From an uncultured Desulfosarcina sp. (GTDB lineage Bacteria; Desulfobacterota; Desulfobacteria; Desulfobacterales; Desulfosarcinaceae), in NCBI GenBank assembly GCA_963674945.2, contig CAXXWQ010000003.1:928001-992000 (forward strand): DNA of 64,000 nucleotides, read 5' to 3'. The position numbers were made by a program, and so were the translations under genes. Shown piece by piece: positions 1-7,994 of this stretch; the stretch's first letter is position 1; every line of letters starts with the position of its first letter. The notes under the pieces were generated by a model. That model searched no databases. It worked only from the letters and a program-made list of their open reading frames with translations, and was not told where the DNA came from.

Positions 1-507
1 TTCGATCGCTTCCTCATGGGGTTGAATATCCCCCTGCTCGGCCACACCGTATCCCGACTGCTGGCCGAGAATTTCGATACCCTCGATGACATCCTCCATG
101 TTTTACCCGAACAGATCAGCAAAATCGAAGGCATTGGTGAAGGCATCGCCGCAAACATCATCAAAGGTTTTATCGATCTTTCCACCGGAGCCCCCGAAGA
201 CAACCTGGATCGATGGCGATCCATCATCGGCATTCGGTATCCAGTAAAAGATGTCAAAACTCCCACCACAGCCCATTTGGACGGTATGACTTTTTGTGTG
301 ACTGGAACGCTTTCCGAACCCCGGGATGCAATCCATCAATTGATCCTCGACAACGGCGGCCAGGTATCCAAATCCGTCACGAAAAAGATCAGCTACCTGG
401 TATGTGGTGACAAAGCCGGCTCCAAGAAAGAGAAGGCATTGAAAACGGGTATTACCTGCATTTCTGAAGATGATCTGCGGATGTGGTGTAATCCGAAAAC
501 CACGTAA
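1..507 (+). CDS. ligA: NAD-dependent DNA ligase, C-terminal part (HhH and BRCT); 5' truncated by window edge
   Basis: GLNIPLLG and IEGIGEGIA HhH motifs; BRCT-like TFCVTGTL...VSKSVTKKISYLVCGDKAGSK. Confidence 0.9.
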   Translation, partial: FDRFLMGLNIPLLGHTVSRLLAENFDTLDDILHVLPEQISKIEGIGEGIAANIIKGFIDLSTGAPEDNLDRWRSIIGIRYPVKDVKTPTTAHLDGMTFCVTGTLSEPRDAIHQLILDNGGQVSKSVTKKISYLVCGDKAGSKKEKALKTGITCISEDDLRMWCNPKTT

Positions 508-516
508 CCATTTTAA

Positions 517-625
517 ATTCTACACCCTGCTCATGGGGTTCATACATTGAGACATCACGTGATAGACCAATCAAGAAAATAATGAACCATTTCACACCTT
601 GCTCATGGGGTTCATACATTGAGAT
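517..625 (+). CRISPR. CRISPR-like mini-array: two 37-bp repeats and one 35-bp spacer, no cas genes in window
   Basis: R1 517-553 ATTCTACACCCTGCTCATGGGGTTCATACATTGAGAC; R2 589-625 ATTTCACACCTTGCTCATGGGGTTCATACATTGAGAT (33/37 identical); spacer 554-588; ATTGAGAC 3' end. Confidence 0.7.
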
Positions 626-650
626 GCAATCATAGCAATCTCAAATCATT

Positions 651-662
651 GTAATTACTTAC
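651..662. promoter_or_regulatory. Palindromic operator-like motif, first of 13 copies (consensus STAAYTAVTTAS)
   Basis: GTAATTACTTAC; further copies listed under findings. Confidence 0.65.
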
Positions 663-683
663 TTTGTTTCAATCGCCTTTTTC

Positions 684-704
684 CAGAAAATTGAGATTTA
701 TATA
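684..704 (+). promoter_or_regulatory. Putative phage promoter motif CAGMAAATTGAGMTTTAT, copy 1 of 3
   Basis: Near-identical copies at 11163-11183 and 14425-14445, each 45-50 bp upstream of an ATG with an AAGGAGA RBS. Confidence 0.55.
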
Positions 705-748
705 TCCCCAAAATCAACCATTTTAATTTGTAACAAAGGAGAAAAATC

Positions 749-907
749 ATGTTGAAAAAACACTTTGGAGTAATTTTTGTACTCGCATCGTCGCTGGTGA
801 TCCTGGTGGTATATTCCGCCATGCTTAAACCCATTTCGAAAGGCAATCACGAAGTCAGGAATAGCCATTACGCCCAACTGGCCGAAGCCGCCTCTAACAA
901 CTGGTAG
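749..907 (+). CDS. Small membrane-anchored protein, 52 aa (MLKKHFGVIFVLASSLVILVVYS...)
   Basis: Read manually; AAGGAG RBS; hydrophobic N-terminus; below ORF-track cutoff. Confidence 0.55.
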   Translation: MLKKHFGVIFVLASSLVILVVYSAMLKPISKGNHEVRNSHYAQLAEAASNNW

Positions 908-915
908 GAGCAATC

Positions 916-1173
916 ATGAAACATTACGCCCAATCTTTATTGAAGGATCTGATGGGCTTCATGTTATTTCGAGGTCCGCTGCCAGAAGAAGGCCGCGCCC
1001 TCGAAACCATCGAAAAACACCTATCCATCGAGGGCGAAGTACAAATCCGGAAAAAAGATACCTTTCGTTCGAAACCAACCGTGAATCATCCCGACGATAT
1101 GGTCCGGGTAACCCTCGATATGCCTCTCCACACCTGGCGGAAACTGAAACCACGACTGAACACGAAAGGTTGA
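916..1173 (+). CDS. Hypothetical phage protein
   Basis: AGGAG RBS; packed in operon. Confidence 0.65.
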   Translation: MKHYAQSLLKDLMGFMLFRGPLPEEGRALETIEKHLSIEGEVQIRKKDTFRSKPTVNHPDDMVRVTLDMPLHTWRKLKPRLNTKG

Positions 1174-1180
1174 AGACATC

Positions 1181-1690
1181 ATGGCCCAATATTACACCGG
1201 TGTCGGCAGCCGAGAAACTCCGCCCGAGATTTTAAAACTGATGACTCGGTTTGCCATGTTCGTATCGCGCAACGGATTCATCCTCAGATCCGGCGGAGCC
1301 ATCGGAGCCGACCAAGCCTTCGAAGCTGGAGCGGGATCACGCAAAGAAATCTATCGACCCGAGGATGCAACCCCGGAGGCCCTGGAACTGGCCGCGCAAT
1401 ATCATCCCGCATGGCATTACATGAAATGGTATTCCCGCCGGCTGCACGGTCGGAACGCATTCCAGGTCCTTGGTAAAGACCTGAACACTCCATCCAAATT
1501 TGTCGTTTGCTGGACCCCGGATGGATGTACCAGACACAACACCCGGAAAACCAGAACCGGCGGCACCGGGACCGCGATCAGCATCGCCTCCGAAGTAGCC
1601 AAGATCACCGTTTACAACATGCAGACGGTCGCCGGCCTTTCAGCAGTGGAAACGGCGATCCGTGTTTTCGAAAGACAATTCAACATTTAG
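1181..1690 (+). CDS. SLOG-superfamily (DprA/YspA-like) phage protein
   Basis: YTGVGSRETP, LRSGGAIGAD and GGTGTAI motifs. Confidence 0.75.
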   Translation: MAQYYTGVGSRETPPEILKLMTRFAMFVSRNGFILRSGGAIGADQAFEAGAGSRKEIYRPEDATPEALELAAQYHPAWHYMKWYSRRLHGRNAFQVLGKDLNTPSKFVVCWTPDGCTRHNTRKTRTGGTGTAISIASEVAKITVYNMQTVAGLSAVETAIRVFERQFNI

Positions 1691-1698
1691 GAGGACCC

Positions 1699-1917
1699 AT
1701 GCCTGAATATGTAACCATCAACCGAGACCCATTCGCCCGGCTGGATATCATCCGGATGATCATCCCCAAAGATGAGAGAAGTGAATCCTGCAACTGGTGT
1801 GGCACCCCAGCAGCTCGATTTCGCTATGGATCAGAATCCGATGGTGTTCTTACCCAGCCGCATTTCGATGATCATCCATTTTGCTCAATTGGCTGCCATC
1901 GCAATTGGAATTCATGA
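1699..1917 (+). CDS. Small Zn-finger-like protein
   Basis: GGAGG RBS before ATG 1699; CNWC...FCSIGC. Confidence 0.6.
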   Translation: MPEYVTINRDPFARLDIIRMIIPKDERSESCNWCGTPAARFRYGSESDGVLTQPHFDDHPFCSIGCHRNWNS

Positions 1918-1931
1918 AAGGAAAATATCCA

Positions 1932-2144
1932 ATGGTGTTTTATAAATCTATACCCGTCATCATCAAGGTGAAAACAACTCATGTGAGGAAGATCGGTGGC
2001 CGGATTTTCCGGTCGATTATAAAAGATTATGGCGACATTCCGGTGGCCCGTTACAATGCCATTTCACGCGCTTGGGAACCCGTAGATAATCCTCGCGGGA
2101 GAGCTTACGCTCTACGGAATGCTTTGCGGTATCGCCGCAAATAG
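1932..2144 (+). CDS. Hypothetical phage protein
   Basis: AAAGGA RBS before ATG 1932; packed in operon. Confidence 0.55.
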   Translation: MVFYKSIPVIIKVKTTHVRKIGGRIFRSIIKDYGDIPVARYNAISRAWEPVDNPRGRAYALRNALRYRRK

Positions 2145-2156
2145 AAAGGAATTGAT

Positions 2157-2606
2157 ATGTGGGAATATCAAAACGCATGGGATACAGACGAGGAAGTACT
2201 GAATGAATGGTATGAAAACACTGAAACAGGGGAATGCATCTCTGTAGATGAATATAAAGAAAGAACCGAGTTTGAACCCGGGACCATCACCGTTGTTAAT
2301 CGGAAAGATTTACCCGAGCGAACTCCGAACACTATTCTATTTGCCATCGATCGCCCAAATCCTCTCGGTAACCCCTTCCGGATCGGCCGGGATGGCACCC
2401 GCCTCGAAGTCATTCAAAAATACAAAGCCTGGCTGCATATCGAATTCTGTAAAAATCCCCACAACCCACATCTAACACCCCTCGATCATGAAATGATGCA
2501 AATCCATAAGGCGTATTTGGAATGGAAAGACATTCAACTGGTTTGCAACTGTGCTCCAGCCCCCTGCCATGGCGAAGTCATCAAAGAGATGATCGAGAAT
2601 TTGTAA
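2157..2606 (+). CDS. DUF4326-like protein
   Basis: IDRPNPLGNPF...LVCNCAPAPCHGEVI signature. Confidence 0.8.
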   Translation: MWEYQNAWDTDEEVLNEWYENTETGECISVDEYKERTEFEPGTITVVNRKDLPERTPNTILFAIDRPNPLGNPFRIGRDGTRLEVIQKYKAWLHIEFCKNPHNPHLTPLDHEMMQIHKAYLEWKDIQLVCNCAPAPCHGEVIKEMIENL

Positions 2607-2619
2607 GGAGGTGAAAACC

Positions 2620-2814
2620 ATGGTCAACATGAAATCGGTAACCCTACGGATACCAGAGCCAGTCCACAGAAAATTAAGGATGTTGGCAGCATCCAAAGGC
2701 GTCACCATGACCGATATGCTCATTGCCTTGATAGAAGATGTCAAGCTCGACACACCCGAGGAGGTGGCAACGGTTAAAAGTTTGCTTGATAATGATACTG
2801 ACAACAAAAAATAA
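2620..2814 (+). CDS. Ribbon-helix-helix DNA-binding protein, paralog 1
   Basis: VTLRIPEPVHRKLRMLAASKGVTMTDML; AAGGAGG RBS. Confidence 0.75.
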   Translation: MVNMKSVTLRIPEPVHRKLRMLAASKGVTMTDMLIALIEDVKLDTPEEVATVKSLLDNDTDNKK

Positions 2815-2823
2815 AGGTGAATC

Positions 2824-3018
2824 ATGCAGGAAAATTTGAAAGGAATCATGGTTCGTGTACCGGAGCATATCCACCATAAGCTCAAGATCCTTGCAGCAAT
2901 GCAGCAAAAAAGCATGACCGAAGTCATTATTGATCTTGTGGAAAAGGAAACCATCCAAGGCATGGAGGATATTCCAGCAATTAAAAGCCTCCTCCATGGC
3001 GCAAATAAGGAGATGTAA
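2824..3018 (+). CDS. Ribbon-helix-helix protein, paralog 2
   Basis: IMVRVPEHIHHKLKILAAMQQKSMTEVI. Confidence 0.75.
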   Translation: MQENLKGIMVRVPEHIHHKLKILAAMQQKSMTEVIIDLVEKETIQGMEDIPAIKSLLHGANKEM

Positions 3019-3209
3019 TGCATAACTTTACGACAAAAATCAGACAATCGACCCACCGCAGGTTAAGGATGCTCGCTGCATCTCGGGATCAAACGATATC
3101 CGAAATCCTTACTGATTTGATTGAATCGGCAACGCTGGAATCGGAGGAGGAAATAGAGACAGTCAAAAGCCTACTTCACAAATCCGAAAATTCAATTCCC
3201 TTAAACTGA
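3018..3209 (+). CDS. Ribbon-helix-helix protein, paralog 3
   Basis: FTTKIRQSTHRRLRMLAASRDQTISEIL; TAATG overlap with previous gene. Confidence 0.75.
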   Translation: MHNFTTKIRQSTHRRLRMLAASRDQTISEILTDLIESATLESEEEIETVKSLLHKSENSIPLN

Positions 3210-3235
3210 ATAATTGAGAATCTGTGAGGAATCAA

Positions 3236-3403
3236 ATGAACATACTCTGTAAATGGGCTTTGATCGGATATTTTCTGGTATTGATATTGCCAATGCCCAG
3301 GAACAAAAAAATAGCCATTATCCAACTTATCATCGCTGGGCCACTTTGCTGGGTGATTTTTATTTCCATGGCAATTAGTGAATGGAGGAAAAACCATGTC
3401 TGA
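3236..3403 (+). CDS. Small two-TM membrane protein, 55 aa
   Basis: Read manually (MNILCKWALIGYFLVLIL...); GAGGA RBS; overlaps gyrB start. Confidence 0.45.
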   Translation: MNILCKWALIGYFLVLILPMPRNKKIAIIQLIIAGPLCWVIFISMAISEWRKNHV

Positions 3404-6400
3404 ATACGGTGCAGAATCAATCAGAATCCTCGAAGGACTTGAACCAGTCCGGGAACGCCCCGGCATGTATATCGGATCGACCAGCAGCACCGGCCTTCAC
3501 CATCTGGTATGGGAGGCCGTCGACAACTCCATTGACGAAGCCATGGCCGGCCATTGTACGGAAGTCATTATCACCCATCATCCCGACGGCAGCATATCAG
3601 TCGAAGACAACGGTCGTGGTATTCCTGTCGAAATCCATCCCACCGAAGGTGTACCAGCCGTTCAAGTCGTTTTGACCAAACTCCATGCAGGTGGAAAATT
3701 CGATGAAAAACTTTATGGCGCATCCGGCGGCCTGCATGGAGTTGGTATTTCATGTGTCAATGCACTCTCGGAAAAATTAACCGTTCAGGTATGGCGCAAT
3801 CGAAGCGAATATATTCAGTCCTATGAACAGGGCATACCCATGACGGAACTGTTCAGAGGCAGAACCCTTCGGACACAGACAGGGACAAGAGTTCAATTCT
3901 GGCCAGATCCAACCATTTTCGAAACGATCAAGTTCGATGAAAAAATCATATCCACCCGGCTCAAGGAATTGTCATACCTGAATGCCGGGTTGCGTATCCT
4001 TTTTGTCGATGCCAAAGGCAAGTCAACGACGTATCAAAGTAAAAACGGCCTGATCGATTATGTCAACGCCATCAGTTCCGACAAAGACATTCAACCCGAA
4101 ACGATCCAGATCTCCGGCAACGATAATGGCATTCATTGCTTTGTTGCCCTTCGATGGACAAAAAGCGCAAAGGAAGAGATCCGCTCGTTCTGCAACAACA
4201 TCAACACCATTGAAGGTGGCACGCACCTGACCGGTTTCAAGACCGGGCTCACCCGGGCTGCAACCAAGTTTTTGGCCAATTACATCCCCAAAAGCCTCGA
4301 ACAGCCAAGTGCGGAGGATATCCGGGAAGGCCTGGTCGCCGTCGTCAGCGTCCGCGTACCCCAACCCCAATTCGAAGGCCAAACAAAAGGCAAACTGGGA
4401 ACATCAGCCGCACAGACCGTCACCACCCAGCTTGTCTATCAGAAACTCAATGAATATTTCGAAGACGCCAAAAAGGAAATCGTCAAGGCAATTGCCGATC
4501 GGATCATCAACGCAACGAAAGCGCGCCTGGCAGCACAGCGCGCCCGCGACAACGCCCGCAAGGCTGCAAACCTGGCCGCCGACATGTTACCGGGCAAGCT
4601 TACTGATTGTCAAAACCAGAATCCGGCCGAACGCGAACTATTCCTCGTCGAAGGCGATTCAGCGGGGGGCTGCTGGGCCGGTGAAACTTTGATAAAACTG
4701 GCCGATGGTCGTTCTATTCCGATAGCACAAATGGCCGAAGAATTTAGAGATGGAGTTAAACATCATGTATATTCTTTCAATCATAAAACGGATTTAATAG
4801 AAATCCGTCCTGTAAAAAATGTTTGGCTTACGAAGCGGAATGCCCCAGTTGTAACCGCAACCCTCGATAATGAAGAAAAAATCAGACCAACTCCGGATCA
4901 TCTTTGTATGCTTCGAGACGGAACATATAAGGAAATTAAAGACATTGATCCAGGAAGATCTTTGATGGCACTGGTTACACGCTATGCTATAATTTCATCA
5001 CCACGGGCACTTTTATGCCCAAAATTAGGTGTAATTAATTACTATGAAGTCGTCAGGCAATCAAAAACCTCCAAATGGGAATTTACGCATCATTTATCAG
5101 GCGACTGTAGAGTTCGAAATGGCGAAGAATTGCCTAAAGGTTTCCACCGCCATCATAAAGACAAAAATCCGCTCAATAATGATCCATCAAATATTGTTTT
5201 TTTAAGTCCAGGCGATCATCTTCAAGAACACGCAGAAGAATCGATTGCCACTAAGAAAACACTTGAATACCGGGCTTATATGTCTAACCGGATGAAAGAA
5301 TTATCCAGCGAACTTTCAACCAGATCGAAAAAACAATGGGAGGATGAAGTTTATAAAGAATTTATGACGAAAAAATGGCGAGAATTTTACGATACCAATC
5401 CCGAGTATCGTGAAAAAAACCGGATTCAACTCGATAACGCTCAAAAAGTATATTGGGCCGATCAAGATAACCGCGATGCTCAATCCGAATGGGCTCGCAC
5501 CTATTATGAGACTCATCCTGAAGCCAGAGAACAAAGACGTATTGATGCAAAAAGGCAATGGGAAAACTCAGAACTAAGAGCTTGGCGAGCAAAAACCACA
5601 TCCAAACAATGGACGCCAGAATTTCGAGAAAAACGCAAGAAAGCCATGCTTGAAACTCGAAAAGCGAAAAGTTTAGCATTGCTTAATCAAGTCGGTATCG
5701 AGAAATATGAGCAAACCCGGCAAGAACAATTTGACGGGAACGGGAAAGGGGACAAAACACTTTATAAACTCAGAGACTTAATTGTTTTATACGGTACCGA
5801 AAAAAATCTGAGAATGAGTCGAGATTACATATACAACCACAAACTTGTCAGCGTCGAAGATAGAGGTGAACGCGCTGATGTGTATGACATTGAAGTTGAA
5901 GGAACTCATAATTTTGCCCTTGCTGCTGGCATATTCGTTCACAACAGTGCCAAACAAGCACGAGACCGTCGATATCAAGCGATCTTGCCGCTTAAAGGCA
6001 AGATACTTAACTGCGAAAAAGCAGCCATGAAAACCATCTTAAAAAACACCGAGATCCAATCCATTGTTGCAGCATTGGGTATTGGCATCGGAACGGCATC
6101 GGTAGATCTTGATCGTCTTCGATACCATAAGGTTATCATCATGTGTGACGCCGATGTGGATGGTTGTTTGGCAGGCGACACTAAAGTTAAATTACTGGAC
6201 GGAACTTATCCCACAATGGAGGAATTAACCACCCTATATCCAGATGAAACGACCAAATTTTGGGTGTGGGCGAACGATGGGAATGGAAAGCACATACCAG
6301 CCCTGGCTCATTCAGCTCGGGTTACGAGGCATGTTGATGAAATTTACGAAATCGAGCTTGACGATGGCAGCATCATTCGAGCCACGGGGAATCACCCTTT

Positions 6401-7004
6401 TATGCTTCGCACAGGGGAATTTATTCGTGCAGATGAATTAATCCCCGGCACGTCGCTTATGCGAATGACTCACCATCTTGATGACAATGACATAAAGGTT
6501 ACCGCAATTCGCTTGGTAAAATTAGAAAAACCAATTCCAGTCTATGATTTAACAGTCGAGAAGCATCACAATTTTCTCGTATATACGAGCGAAGTATCTG
6601 GCATTTTTGTTCATAACAGCCACATTCGGACTTTATTGCTCACTTTGTTTTTCCGGCATCTGCCAGAAGTGATTCTCAACGGTAATCTATATATCGCTCA
6701 GGCTCCACTTTACCGAGTGAAGGCCGGTAAATCCACCATTTGGGCCTATGATGATGATCAACTTGCTGAAATCTTGAAGGAATATAAAACACAACCAGTT
6801 ATATCCCGTTTCAAAGGCTTGGGTGAAATGCCGCCTGAAACTCTATGGAAAACAACCATGGATCCAGTAAATCGCATAATGACCCAGGTGATTATTGAAT
6901 CCCCTTTCTGTGACAAAATGTTTCAAACCCTTATGGGAGATGATGTCCAACCTCGCGCCGAGTTTATTACCGAACATTCACTCGATGCCAGCTTAGATAT
7001 TTAA
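3396..7004 (+). CDS. gyrB: DNA gyrase / type IIA topoisomerase subunit B with two inteins
   Basis: LEGLEPVRERPGMYIG, HAGGKF, GGLHGVG, EGDSAGG, PLKGKILN, DADVDG and RFKGLGEM motifs; GGAGG RBS before ATG 3396. Confidence 0.95.
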   Translation: MSEYGAESIRILEGLEPVRERPGMYIGSTSSTGLHHLVWEAVDNSIDEAMAGHCTEVIITHHPDGSISVEDNGRGIPVEIHPTEGVPAVQVVLTKLHAGGKFDEKLYGASGGLHGVGISCVNALSEKLTVQVWRNRSEYIQSYEQGIPMTELFRGRTLRTQTGTRVQFWPDPTIFETIKFDEKIISTRLKELSYLNAGLRILFVDAKGKSTTYQSKNGLIDYVNAISSDKDIQPETIQISGNDNGIHCFVALRWTKSAKEEIRSFCNNINTIEGGTHLTGFKTGLTRAATKFLANYIPKSLEQPSAEDIREGLVAVVSVRVPQPQFEGQTKGKLGTSAAQTVTTQLVYQKLNEYFEDAKKEIVKAIADRIINATKARLAAQRARDNARKAANLAADMLPGKLTDCQNQNPAERELFLVEGDSAGGCWAGETLIKLADGRSIPIAQMAEEFRDGVKHHVYSFNHKTDLIEIRPVKNVWLTKRNAPVVTATLDNEEKIRPTPDHLCMLRDGTYKEIKDIDPGRSLMALVTRYAIISSPRALLCPKLGVINYYEVVRQSKTSKWEFTHHLSGDCRVRNGEELPKGFHRHHKDKNPLNNDPSNIVFLSPGDHLQEHAEESIATKKTLEYRAYMSNRMKELSSELSTRSKKQWEDEVYKEFMTKKWREFYDTNPEYREKNRIQLDNAQKVYWADQDNRDAQSEWARTYYETHPEAREQRRIDAKRQWENSELRAWRAKTTSKQWTPEFREKRKKAMLETRKAKSLALLNQVGIEKYEQTRQEQFDGNGKGDKTLYKLRDLIVLYGTEKNLRMSRDYIYNHKLVSVEDRGERADVYDIEVEGTHNFALAAGIFVHNSAKQARDRRYQAILPLKGKILNCEKAAMKTILKNTEIQSIVAALGIGIGTASVDLDRLRYHKVIIMCDADVDGCLAGDTKVKLLDGTYPTMEELTTLYPDETTKFWVWANDGNGKHIPALAHSARVTRHVDEIYEIELDDGSIIRATGNHPFMLRTGEFIRADELIPGTSLMRMTHHLDDNDIKVTAIRLVKLEKPIPVYDLTVEKHHNFLVYTSEVSGIFVHNSHIRTLLLTLFFRHLPEVILNGNLYIAQAPLYRVKAGKSTIWAYDDDQLAEILKEYKTQPVISRFKGLGEMPPETLWKTTMDPVNRIMTQVIIESPFCDKMFQTLMGDDVQPRAEFITEHSLDASLDI
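4671..5945 (+). mobile_element. Intein 1 in GyrB, 425 aa, with HNH-type homing endonuclease
   Basis: EGDSAGG|CWAGETL ... PTPDH ... GIFVHN|SAKQ; internal HRHHKDKNPLNNDPSNIVFL. Confidence 0.92.
6165..6617 (+). mobile_element. Intein 2 in GyrB, 151-aa mini-intein
   Basis: DADVDG|CLAGDT ... ATGNHPF ... GIFVHN|SHIRTLL. Confidence 0.92.
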
Positions 7005-7014
7005 AAGGGAGGAT

Positions 7015-7422
7015 TTGATGATTCAAAATAAGCTTATTTTATATTGTTCCAGACTTGAACAGGCGATGCTTTGGGAGGTTTGCAAAAACCGTCGTTGCCA
7101 AACTTCTAATTGCCTTTTTAAAAAAATCGAAAGTAAGTTTGGCGAAAATTTATGGTCAGATATTCCAACCCGTTTTTCATCTGTAACGGCCATTAAGGAA
7201 CAATTGGAAACTTTAACCAAACCTATGCCAATTGTGCGAACTCCTATTTTGGACCCATCCCCTATTCAACGCCATCGAATAGTAGAAAAACAAGAAATAT
7301 CAGATAATGAAGAGGAAATTCAACAATTACCGTCGATAACGGGAAGAACACCAATTACTTCATTATCTGATATTTTAAAAGACGAAATAATCAAACTATC
7401 GAAAGGACTTACATCTAACTAA
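7015..7422 (+). CDS. Hypothetical phage protein
   Basis: GGGAGG RBS; 135-aa ORF. Confidence 0.6.
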   Translation: MMIQNKLILYCSRLEQAMLWEVCKNRRCQTSNCLFKKIESKFGENLWSDIPTRFSSVTAIKEQLETLTKPMPIVRTPILDPSPIQRHRIVEKQEISDNEEEIQQLPSITGRTPITSLSDILKDEIIKLSKGLTSN

Positions 7423-7456
7423 TTAGTTGACATCTAACTAATTACTGTGTTAATTC
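7411..7456 (+). promoter_or_regulatory. Putative sigma70 promoter of the XRE gene, with two operator copies flanking the -35
   Basis: ACATCTAACTAATTA repeated directly; TTGACA at 7427-7432 between copies 7415-7426 and 7434-7445. Confidence 0.6.
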
Positions 7457-7485
7457 CATTATCAACGCTAAAAAAGGAGTAGTTT

Positions 7486-7791
7486 ATGACAGAAGAAGTT
7501 AAAGGAAAGAATCGTATAGGCAAAATAATTCAAGATTTCAGAACTCAAAACGATCTTACCCAACAAGACTTTGCCGATCTGGTCAATTATCGGTATGGGA
7601 ACTTTATCGGTATGATCGAAAAGGGAAAATCTCAATTTCCCCTGGCAAAAGGAAAATGGTTAGACTACGCAAAAGCCCTCAACATGGACCCGACTGAAAT
7701 CTTGCTTATCAGTCTTGGCGATGTCTTTCCCGAGATGGCATCATATTTAGATCCCGTTCTCGAACTATACAAAAAGAAGAGTAAAAAATAG
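7486..7791 (+). CDS. XRE/Cro-CI family HTH regulator
   Basis: IGKIIQDFRTQNDLTQQDFADLVNY...IGMIEKG. Confidence 0.85.
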   Translation: MTEEVKGKNRIGKIIQDFRTQNDLTQQDFADLVNYRYGNFIGMIEKGKSQFPLAKGKWLDYAKALNMDPTEILLISLGDVFPEMASYLDPVLELYKKKSKK

Positions 7792-7994
7792 CACTGTAGC
7801 ATTTTTAAACAGTAATAGGAATATCCCCCTATTTTAAGTATTTTTGTTTTCTGAAATCTTTGTAATTAGTTAGTTTGATTTTACCCATTCATCGGAGATT
7901 CTTATGAATTATTTTGTTCTTTCCGCGAATATGGAAATTTGTGATGAGTTCATTTTTTACAATCAAATTGAAAATGACGCCGCCTTCTCCATCC

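Noticed and set aside
666..674. GTTTCAATC after the mini-array, resembling a reversed CRISPR repeat end
   Set aside because: Wrong orientation and no further similarity to the repeats; not a third repeat.
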